From a virus (taxonomy: Duplodnaviria > Caudoviricetes), in IMG/VR virus record IMGVR_UViG_3300020577_011395, positions 32,001 through 96,000 of that record: a DNA stretch of 64,000 nt; one strand, given 5' to 3'. This document shows positions 55,460-64,000 of this stretch, one piece after another; the first letter of the stretch is position 1, and each line of letters starts with the position of its first letter. A model generated the notes under the pieces. That model was given only the letters and a program-made list of their open reading frames with translations. It was not told the DNA's origin and searched no databases. A program made the position numbers and the translations under genes.

Positions 55460-58400
55460 ATGTCAATAAAAAATCTGTTTAACAGTCACGAAAAGTTTGT
55501 AAGCGGAAATCCAGAAAAAACTTCAGATGAAGTAGAATCAAAAGATTTTATAGTTTCTAAAAATAAGCAAACAAATGAATATCTACCAAACGTAGATCTT
55601 TCAGACCCTAAGAATTTTGCTCATTTTGGTCTTGCAGAAGAATACTATGATACCGCGTTCTCACATATTGCTAATACATTTCCTTATGACGGGTCAGAAA
55701 AAGAAGTTATAAATTGGAATAATAATCTTACCTACTTAGAAAAGTATTTATTTAATAACCAATATCCTAAAACAAGCGGTTTTATAACTCTGAACACAGA
55801 TTCTTATAGTAGTTTTACTACTATTACTGGCTCTGGCTTGAAGATTCTTTCAAGTTCTGCTTCTCAATTTGTTAAATCGCTTTCTGGCCCCAATACTTCG
55901 TCTTTTAGTTATAAAAATGGCAATATATATGATGTTGCAAAAGACAGAATATCAAATTTTGCTGTAACGCCAGTTTCTGGAAACACAGTCGAACTATGGT
56001 TTAAATTAAATTCCAATTTATCTGCTTCGGTATTGTCAGGAACCTTTGCTTTATTCGATCTATGGAATTCTAGTACAGTAACAAGCTCAACAGACTATAC
56101 AAGATTTTTTATAGATGTAACCCCAACAACAGGAAAATTAGCCGTTACCTATAAAGTCGGAACAACTGGTGTTCAAAGGGCGGAATTTACATATAGTTCT
56201 TCTGAACTAACTACTTGGCATCACTATGCAGTTTCAGTACAAAATACTGGTTCTTCACTAGAAGTCAAGATGTATATTGATGGAGCGCTGTTATCATCAA
56301 GCGTGACGGGAACTTCTTGTACGGAAGCGAATAACAGAGGTAGTGTTGTTAACATTGGTGCTTATCGTTATACACCACAAGAAGGCCAATCTGCTTTTGA
56401 AGCAATAAGAAATCTTGGTGCTGTCCCAGGTAGCATCGATGAGTTTAGATTCTGGAAAAATGTAAAAACACAAAAAGATATTGCTCGTTACAGATTTGAT
56501 CGTATATACGGCGGCACAAATACTGATGATGCGAATACAGATCTTGGAGTGTATTACCGCTTCAATGAAGGTATTTTAGATACTTCTTCTGTCGACTTAA
56601 AAGATGCAGTTGTTCTGGATAGTGCTGGTAGATCTACAAACGGCGCTATTATAAACTATGCACTTGGTGTTAGATCAACTGGATCTGCAATCGATCAAAC
56701 ATCTAATTTCGACCATTCCGAGCCAAAAGATCCAATTATTTATGCTCAGAACCCAAGTGTTCTAGCGAAAATGCTAGAGCTAAGAACAAGTGGATCCGCT
56801 TGGGATGAAGAAAATAGTAATTCAATTTACAGATCTTTGCCAGAATGGATAACAACTGAAGATACTGAAATAGCAACAGAACAGCTAAAGAAATTAACAC
56901 AAATAATTGCTAGCTATTTTGATAAACTATATCTACAGATAAAAGGTCTTCCAAACCTAAAATTTGCTGAGTATATCGAAGGTGATGGTAAGGCTGTGCC
57001 TTTTGCTAATTCCATTTTAGATTCTGATGGTATCGGGTCGCCAGATATTTTTGTTGATGCTAAAATTTTGGAAGAGCTGAAAGACCGCGATGAAGACAGA
57101 AATTATGAAGAGAAACTAGGTAATTTAAAAAACCTTATATACAAAAATATTTACAACAATTTGTCATATATCTACAAGACAAAAGGCACAGAAAAATCTT
57201 TTAGAAACCTAATACGCTCATTTGGTATAGACGAAGAATTAGTAAAGTTAAATATTTACGCAAATAACACTCAATTTGCTTTAGAAAATAATAAAAAATC
57301 TATTACTACTAGAAAGAAAGTAATCAACCTTTCAACACCAGAAACGTATTATAGCAATATCTTCAACAGCACAACTTCACCAGATGGTTCCTCATCTTAC
57401 TCATTGGTTCAAGCAACTATTGGTGCAGCTTTATCACCAGTGCCGTATTATTTAGTGCCTCATACTTTTGAAACAGAAATTTATTTCCCTAAGAAAGTAG
57501 AATTTGGAGATCCTTCGTATTCTGTTCCAGAAGAAACTTCAATTTCTTTGTTTGGTGCGTATGCTGCCGTAAATCCAAGCGATTTAACAGACTACACCTC
57601 AGATATTGCACCTTCAAGTTATAATTTTGAAGCATATTTAGTTAAAAATCATAAAGACGATAGAGGCGGTTACTTTAAATTTAATTGTATTACTACTGGA
57701 GAAGAATTAACTTCTTCATATTACTCAGATATTTATGAGGGAGAAAAGTGGAACTTCGCAGTTAGACTAAAAAGCCCATATGAAAATTTAGACGGTCTGC
57801 TAAACAACGCAACTGTTTTTTCTACAACACCAACAAGCGGCAGCTTTAATATAGAATTCTATGCCGTAAATACAGTAGAAGGTGTCATAAAAAATGAGCT
57901 TATTTTAACAAGTTCTGCTTTGACTATTTCTCAGGTTCAAACAATTGCTGGCAATGGTAAGAGATTTTATGTTGGTGCCCGTAGAACAAACTTTACTGGT
58001 TCACTTCTAAACAACACAGATATCTTAGTATCAAATGCCAGATTCTGGCTCGATTATCTAGATAACGATGAAATAAAAGAACACGCAAAAGACTCTACAA
58101 ATTTTGGCCTTAAGAATCCACTTGCTAAACCATACCAAAATCTTGGTGATAAGGTAGAAAGAAAAAACCTATTAGTTTTCAATTGGGATTTTGATGAAGT
58201 AACTGGCTCTAATTCTTCTGGTTATGTCGATATTAAAGACAACAAGGGAGCGGTAGAATCTGTAAGCAACAATTTTCAGTACAATATTAATAGATTGTAT
58301 CCTGCAAGAGTGGGCAATACAACTGCAGATAATAACAATATAGTAAAAAAACATTATCAATTATCTTCAAGGCAAGTATTACCAGAAAATCTATACTCTT

Positions 58401-61400
58401 CTGACACGGTTAATATAACTGGTGAAAGTGATTACGCCTTCACAAAAGAAAGCAGACCGGTAAGTTTGTTTTGGTCTTTCGAAAAGAGTATGTACCAGAC
58501 TATTTCAGAAGAAATTTTGAATATGTTTGCTGGTATAATTGACTTTAATAATACCATTGGTGATCCAGTCAATAGATATCGTGATGAATATAGAGATCTT
58601 AACGCACTAAGATCTAAATTCTTTAATAAAGTTCAGAATACACCGTCGTTAGAACTATATGTTGATTATTACAAATGGATTGACAGTTCACTTGGCACAA
58701 TGCTTCAGCAACTAGTTCCTGCTGGATCTGCATTTTCAGACGGTTTAAAGACTATGGTAGAAGACCACGCAGCTTCTAGGTCTAAGTATGCTTGGAATTT
58801 GCCAATGGTCAAGAAGCAAGAAATTAAATATGGCCAAATTAAAGGTATAAAAGAATTAAAATACAATTGGAAGACGGGACATGCGCCAGAAGACTTAACT
58901 TCTTTTAATGAAGCATCAAGTTCTTTATGGTTTAAAGAAAGAGCTGAAAGAGAAGGCTCTGCCGTAATTGTTTCAGCTGGTCCAGCCGCCGATTCCAATA
59001 AACAAACCATTTTAAATTCTGCTTTAAACGATACAAATAAGCCACGTTATAAATTGTACGACACAAGAACTTCTGCAATTTATGATAGAACCGCCTATTA
59101 TGATAGAAGGTTAGCAAGAGTCGTTGATATATCATCATCTAAACCCGTCAATCCATCCGATAACATTGAATTGTATTCTACAAAAAATATTATGAATACA
59201 ACTTCAAGTGTTACTGAGCTACGTCCATTCTTATCAGGTAGTTCTGATTCTAGAGAGTCTCTATATACACAACCACAAGCAAATTACTCAAAAGGTTATA
59301 ATGTGGTTCAAGCGCACGGCAGAGAAACAAACAATAAATACTTTGTAGAAGTTGAAGGCGTCTTGCCAGTAAGTGCGAGCAGCGCTTTAGTCTCTGGAAT
59401 GGTCGATTATAGGCTCGCTGATAGGCCAAGAAACGAAACAGTCATCGCAAATAGGTTCTCATCGCCAGGTGGTCCAGAATCACTTTCTAGAGGCGCTATG
59501 GACAGAGAATCTGAATCTTTCTCTGTATACAATACTGTCAACTACAGAAACTTAATAGTTAGAAAATCTCTGAAAACATGGTTAGCTGAATCTTCTTCTA
59601 ATGAAGCAACATATCCATCTCTTCACAAAGTAAACAAAAATCATTTAAGATCTGCGTTACGAGATGTTTATGACAATTCATTCGTGTCACATCAAATTCC
59701 TAGAAAAGAAACTGGTTATGCTTGGATAGCAAATTCTGTAACAAGCTCAATAACTGGTAGTGGACCATATTCATCTATGTATCCTAACTTAGATATAGGT
59801 GTATTGCCATTTTTAACAAGCTCTATCTCTGACAGCAGGCTTATAAACTTTAGTAGAATTAACAATTCTACAGTAACTGCAAGTTATGATACTGCTTCTT
59901 TGCTAACTTCATTTACAAGTGGCTCTGATTATGATTTGCACACTTATCTATTAAACCAAAATGGACCGTTCAGCCACCCATCTTGGAAGCAAACAAGAAA
60001 TACAGATAATGCTTTAGTGCGTTTGATGAGAAATAACAACAAGTTTATAACTCAAACAACAAAACTAAATAGAGTTTTCAGAGCAGTCCCAAACAACACA
60101 CCAAATAAACTTGGTATCGGACAAGGCGTTCGCTTACCATCACATATAGAAGCAGTTACAGTAACAACACCTTACATTGAGCCACCTGTTCAATGGAATG
60201 TTCCTATGGTTATTGGTGTTTCTCTTGAATCTTCTTTGGGTGCGATCAAAGGAAAAGTATCAACAACAATAAAAACAGATTATTCTAATAATATTGATAA
60301 TATTGCAAATAACGATTTTAGAAAAGAGATCAACCCTCCAGAAACCGATAGAGAAGAATTGGCTTACTCTAAGATGCGTAATCTTATGAATTCTACTATT
60401 GATGATCCAGACGAACCAAAATTAGTTAATTTAACTTTTTCACAAGTTGTGTTTCCAAGAAAAGAGAAACAAGGTCTTGGAATCATTCGTAATAGACCAG
60501 ATTATGCAGAAGTTGCTGGTACTGGTTCCAATGGATATGACAGAAATATAGCAACTATCCGTAGTTTCTGGAAGAGCGATATTAGAAATAGAGTAAGAAC
60601 TAATTCTGGTGGTAGTGTTACTGGATCGATAAACTCATTAAATATGGCATATGTTACAGGGACTACATCTGTGATTTCTTTCTCGGGAACTTTTTTGGAT
60701 ATAACTCAGTATTGGAACCCAACTGGATCGATAGTTTATTCGGCTTCTATTGCACAGAGTAATCCGACATTGTGGCCATTAGATAGCATACAAGAAAACT
60801 ATGCATTTTCTGGTTCTTCTACTAGTGCTTCTTTAATTTATTCTAGCAGCTACTTTGGAGAGCTGGCTCCTTACAAGACTTATGAAAAAGTTTTGTTAAA
60901 TTTACAACCAAGTGGTCAATATTCATCTCAAACTTTAAAAGATTTTATTGGGTCAAATACGACTATTTATAAATTTACTTATAATAATAATTCTTTTAGA
61001 ATTGCACCACGCCCTCAATTTGTATTTTGTGATTCTCCTTACGCATCTGGAAGATTTACAGCCACTATCAATCATATTGATGCTCTACCATATAAAACTG
61101 ACTTATTATCAAATAATAAGCCTTGGTTTAACTCTTATGAAGATTTTTCTACAGATATTAGGCCAGTCAGCAATGGGTTTACTTTAATTCCAGAATTTAG
61201 AATTTCTAATTTTATGGATTATTATATAAAAGAAAATAATGGAGATTTCCAAAATCTTACACCAGCACAATATCTTACTTTAGATGGTGGGAGTTTTGAT
61301 GAAAATTCATTGTTAAATGGTTTTAATTCAACTGATAATTTTAATAAATTTATATTTAAAGACTTTTCTACAAATAAAGTTAATAAAGTTAAAGTTAAGG

Positions 61401-63700
61401 TTAATATAATTAAAAAATTATTACCATATAAAGGATTTTACCCACAAGAAAGAAGTGTGCAAGTTGTTGATTCTTTTAGAAGTTCTTTTTTTGATTTAAC
61501 ACCAGAACAGATACTGACTGGCACTTTTACTACTTCTCCATCAACAGTTTCTGGCGCTACGCCGTTAGACCAACAAATAGCAACAATTATACAGCCTTAT
61601 TTTGCTCCTGGAGTCTTATTTAACAGCTTAAAAGCTGGTTTGGCTTTGCATTTTCCTATTTTAATCACCGGTAGCTTAACATCTAGCAATAATGAGTACA
61701 GTTCTTCTATTAGTGGTGATGTACCATCTTATTTCTTGTGTGCTAATAATACTAGAAAATTGTTAGATACAACCATGATTCAACCAAATATAGATATTGG
61801 CAGCAGTACAAATTTACCTTTATTTAATTATAATTTTCCATTTGAATCTATGTTAAGTATTAATGATTCAATACCCGCTGAATTTAAAAATAGTAATTCT
61901 AATAATAAATTATGGCTTACAAATTATAGATATATGGCAGCAGATGTTATTTCTGGTTCGCAAAGAGAACAGATAAGATTTCCTAATTTTTCTTTATTAG
62001 ACAATACTTCTGATATAAACAAAGATTGGACAGAAAAAAATTCAATTTATAGATTAAGTATAAATAATTTTATTTCTGAAATACCAGATTTCTTTTTGAG
62101 GGGCGGAACTTTAAATAATTTTATTTCTAAACCACAAAAAGATTTTCAATCTGTTATTAGTGGAACAACATATTATATGGATGTTTTTCTTGACAAAGAT
62201 AAAGATTATAAAAACTTTTTAATTCTTGACCCAACTAGTAGTAACACAGAAGCATCGAATAATCACACAAACGATTTATTTTTATATTCTCCATTAATGC
62301 ATTCAATAGGAGAAGGGGTGTCTACCCGCATTAATGCTTCGGCCGAAGAATCTCTTTTTGCTCCTCCTTATTCTCTTGGAAAAAGCAAAGTAAGACTAAG
62401 TTATCAAGCTAGTATAACAGGACTAATTTCTTTGACTGAAATATTAGATAATATAAGGCAAGATAATATACATCCACTTTATTATTATAATTCAAATTAT
62501 AATAAATATTATATGCCACTTTCTGCAAGCATTAATTTATTCCAAAAAACAAATTTAAATAATGTTACTTACAATGAGTTCGGTGCGCCAATAACAGTTA
62601 ATCAACAATCTGATAGTTCTTTGGACGTATGGTCAATACAAACCAAATTTGAATCGCCAGTATTAAATTTCAATACAAGTTTAAATCAAGATATTTTGAC
62701 TTCATCAATGACTGAACTATCTGCGGCTGCTGGATCTTCCGCTATTGGCAGATACCAAAATGTTATAGGACTTTGGTCTGGTTATGGATCAATTCCTGCA
62801 AAGAATAAAGGAGTTGTTTTTGGAATAGAAGAATCCTTCAATAAGAGAGGAGCTTTATCTGGAACAGGTTCTTTAATTGAACTATGCGGCTTCGAAGCCG
62901 GCGTAAAAGATATAGGTGCTATCGCTTCTACAAAAGAAATTAGTGAAGCAATTGTAATGATCCCATATGTTGAAAAGGGCTATGAAAACTTGTTAGATAA
63001 TGATAAAGCCAAAAACATCTTAGGAATTCCAGGAGAAGAAGGCGTAACACAATCTAATAGAAGGAATGGACCATTCTATTTCAATATTGATAAAAATAGC
63101 ATAGATAAATTATTAAATTCACAGTTTGATTTTGCATCAGTTGATCAAATAAAGAAATTAATAAGAAGACCAAATCTTGATAAAAATAATTCAATAGTAA
63201 GATGTATAAAAAGTATGACCGAATACAATATACCACCGCACTTAGATTGGGTTACAAATAAAAATATTGATCCTTTCGTTATGTATGTTATCGAGTTCAA
63301 GCATGAATTAGATCAACAAGATTTGTCAGATATTTGGCAGGGAGTAATGCCAAAAATTGCGAGAAACGCTCAGTTGGATTCACAAGAATTTGAACATCCG
63401 CTAGCAGAGAATGAATTCTTCCACGGCAAAGAGCTACCAGAAGGGATAAGATTTAAGATGTTTAAGGTTAAAAAGAAAGCAAAAATGAGCTATTACGATC
63501 TAACTGATGATAGCAGTGATGATACAAGATTTAGATTTGATTTCGCTAATCAAAAAACAACACCAGATTATTCATACAACTGGCCATATGACTTCTTCTC
63601 GCTCGTAGAGATGGTAAAGGTTGAAGTGGCAGCAAAAATCGGTGATGATTTTAATGATGTTCCAGCTGGCGATCAAAGTCTAAAATTAACAAAGGGATAA
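55460..63700 (+). CDS. giant virion protein with LamG/concanavalin-like domains
   Basis: TVELWFK, WHHYAVS, MYIDG, IDEFRFW, YYRFNEG; YKTKGTEKS gp7-like motif. Confidence 0.75.
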   Translation: MSIKNLFNSHEKFVSGNPEKTSDEVESKDFIVSKNKQTNEYLPNVDLSDPKNFAHFGLAEEYYDTAFSHIANTFPYDGSEKEVINWNNNLTYLEKYLFNNQYPKTSGFITLNTDSYSSFTTITGSGLKILSSSASQFVKSLSGPNTSSFSYKNGNIYDVAKDRISNFAVTPVSGNTVELWFKLNSNLSASVLSGTFALFDLWNSSTVTSSTDYTRFFIDVTPTTGKLAVTYKVGTTGVQRAEFTYSSSELTTWHHYAVSVQNTGSSLEVKMYIDGALLSSSVTGTSCTEANNRGSVVNIGAYRYTPQEGQSAFEAIRNLGAVPGSIDEFRFWKNVKTQKDIARYRFDRIYGGTNTDDANTDLGVYYRFNEGILDTSSVDLKDAVVLDSAGRSTNGAIINYALGVRSTGSAIDQTSNFDHSEPKDPIIYAQNPSVLAKMLELRTSGSAWDEENSNSIYRSLPEWITTEDTEIATEQLKKLTQIIASYFDKLYLQIKGLPNLKFAEYIEGDGKAVPFANSILDSDGIGSPDIFVDAKILEELKDRDEDRNYEEKLGNLKNLIYKNIYNNLSYIYKTKGTEKSFRNLIRSFGIDEELVKLNIYANNTQFALENNKKSITTRKKVINLSTPETYYSNIFNSTTSPDGSSSYSLVQATIGAALSPVPYYLVPHTFETEIYFPKKVEFGDPSYSVPEETSISLFGAYAAVNPSDLTDYTSDIAPSSYNFEAYLVKNHKDDRGGYFKFNCITTGEELTSSYYSDIYEGEKWNFAVRLKSPYENLDGLLNNATVFSTTPTSGSFNIEFYAVNTVEGVIKNELILTSSALTISQVQTIAGNGKRFYVGARRTNFTGSLLNNTDILVSNARFWLDYLDNDEIKEHAKDSTNFGLKNPLAKPYQNLGDKVERKNLLVFNWDFDEVTGSNSSGYVDIKDNKGAVESVSNNFQYNINRLYPARVGNTTADNNNIVKKHYQLSSRQVLPENLYSSDTVNITGESDYAFTKESRPVSLFWSFEKSMYQTISEEILNMFAGIIDFNNTIGDPVNRYRDEYRDLNALRSKFFNKVQNTPSLELYVDYYKWIDSSLGTMLQQLVPAGSAFSDGLKTMVEDHAASRSKYAWNLPMVKKQEIKYGQIKGIKELKYNWKTGHAPEDLTSFNEASSSLWFKERAEREGSAVIVSAGPAADSNKQTILNSALNDTNKPRYKLYDTRTSAIYDRTAYYDRRLARVVDISSSKPVNPSDNIELYSTKNIMNTTSSVTELRPFLSGSSDSRESLYTQPQANYSKGYNVVQAHGRETNNKYFVEVEGVLPVSASSALVSGMVDYRLADRPRNETVIANRFSSPGGPESLSRGAMDRESESFSVYNTVNYRNLIVRKSLKTWLAESSSNEATYPSLHKVNKNHLRSALRDVYDNSFVSHQIPRKETGYAWIANSVTSSITGSGPYSSMYPNLDIGVLPFLTSSISDSRLINFSRINNSTVTASYDTASLLTSFTSGSDYDLHTYLLNQNGPFSHPSWKQTRNTDNALVRLMRNNNKFITQTTKLNRVFRAVPNNTPNKLGIGQGVRLPSHIEAVTVTTPYIEPPVQWNVPMVIGVSLESSLGAIKGKVSTTIKTDYSNNIDNIANNDFRKEINPPETDREELAYSKMRNLMNSTIDDPDEPKLVNLTFSQVVFPRKEKQGLGIIRNRPDYAEVAGTGSNGYDRNIATIRSFWKSDIRNRVRTNSGGSVTGSINSLNMAYVTGTTSVISFSGTFLDITQYWNPTGSIVYSASIAQSNPTLWPLDSIQENYAFSGSSTSASLIYSSSYFGELAPYKTYEKVLLNLQPSGQYSSQTLKDFIGSNTTIYKFTYNNNSFRIAPRPQFVFCDSPYASGRFTATINHIDALPYKTDLLSNNKPWFNSYEDFSTDIRPVSNGFTLIPEFRISNFMDYYIKENNGDFQNLTPAQYLTLDGGSFDENSLLNGFNSTDNFNKFIFKDFSTNKVNKVKVKVNIIKKLLPYKGFYPQERSVQVVDSFRSSFFDLTPEQILTGTFTTSPSTVSGATPLDQQIATIIQPYFAPGVLFNSLKAGLALHFPILITGSLTSSNNEYSSSISGDVPSYFLCANNTRKLLDTTMIQPNIDIGSSTNLPLFNYNFPFESMLSINDSIPAEFKNSNSNNKLWLTNYRYMAADVISGSQREQIRFPNFSLLDNTSDINKDWTEKNSIYRLSINNFISEIPDFFLRGGTLNNFISKPQKDFQSVISGTTYYMDVFLDKDKDYKNFLILDPTSSNTEASNNHTNDLFLYSPLMHSIGEGVSTRINASAEESLFAPPYSLGKSKVRLSYQASITGLISLTEILDNIRQDNIHPLYYYNSNYNKYYMPLSASINLFQKTNLNNVTYNEFGAPITVNQQSDSSLDVWSIQTKFESPVLNFNTSLNQDILTSSMTELSAAAGSSAIGRYQNVIGLWSGYGSIPAKNKGVVFGIEESFNKRGALSGTGSLIELCGFEAGVKDIGAIASTKEISEAIVMIPYVEKGYENLLDNDKAKNILGIPGEEGVTQSNRRNGPFYFNIDKNSIDKLLNSQFDFASVDQIKKLIRRPNLDKNNSIVRCIKSMTEYNIPPHLDWVTNKNIDPFVMYVIEFKHELDQQDLSDIWQGVMPKIARNAQLDSQEFEHPLAENEFFHGKELPEGIRFKMFKVKKKAKMSYYDLTDDSSDDTRFRFDFANQKTTPDYSYNWPYDFFSLVEMVKVEVAAKIGDDFNDVPAGDQSLKLTKG

Positions 63701-63703
63701 CAA

Positions 63704-64000
63704 ATGTCTTTTTTTGATAGCAAGGAAGAAGTTTTAGAAGTGGAGTTAACTCCATATGGTAAGCATTTGTTATCTAAAGGCTTATTCAAGCCTTCATTTT
63801 ATTCTTTTCACGATGATGGAATAATCTATGATGTTGAATATGCACAAAGTCCTAGCGAGATACAATTTTCTTCTTCTACAAGAATAATGGAAGAAACGCC
63901 GTATTTAAAGACTATAACAAGAAATACATCTGTTGATAAAACTATAAAATCTTTAAAGCCGTCAAATTATAAATCAGATGTTTCACCTATGACAAATTTG
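63704..64000 (+). CDS. structural protein, partial (runs off the window)
   Basis: MSFFDSKEEVLEVELTPYGK.LLSKG.F...FYSF.DD. Confidence 0.7.
   Translation, partial: MSFFDSKEEVLEVELTPYGKHLLSKGLFKPSFYSFHDDGIIYDVEYAQSPSEIQFSSSTRIMEETPYLKTITRNTSVDKTIKSLKPSNYKSDVSPMTNL

Noticed and set aside
1503-61187. Short minus-strand and nested alternative-frame ORFs in the track
   Set aside because: Nearly all overlap well-supported + strand genes or tRNAs and show no recognisable motifs
1-64000. Stop-codon reassignment
   Set aside because: Long ORFs are intact under the standard code, genes abut at TAA/TAG/TGA, and no suppressor tRNA was found

Overview
A 64 kb segment of a large (jumbo-type) tailed dsDNA phage. 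It is AT-rich, read almost entirely on the + strand, and uses the standard genetic code. It has four blocks. (1) 1-7.9 kb: small and accessory genes (HNH, DEDDh exonuclease, zincin-like, nucleotidyltransferase-like, DUF1599-like, GH19 endolysin, ClpP). (2) 7.9-18 kb: an array of 29 CCA-encoding tRNAs covering all 20 amino acids. It is interleaved with two HNH endonucleases whose stop codons lie inside the next tRNA, a truncated tRNA-Tyr, three 79-nt tRNA-shaped RNAs without CCA, several other structured non-coding segments, a kinase-like gene and a SpoU/TrmH methyltransferase. It also holds a DIP1984-like gene followed by a ~247-nt structured RNA with 7-nt tandem repeats. (3) 19.4-43 kb: PhoH, a Cas4/RecB-like nuclease and a ~21 kb sugar-nucleotide/glycosyltransferase cluster (GDP-fucose, dideoxyhexose/branched sugar, heptose isomerase, nonulosonate). 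(4) 43.8-64 kb: a late sigma-like factor and baseplate/tail genes. The best candidates for an undescribed system are the DIP1984-like protein + ncRNA unit, the CCA-less tRNA mimics, and the HNH/tRNA-replacement cassettes. All calls were made by eye from motifs and base-pairing; no searches were run.
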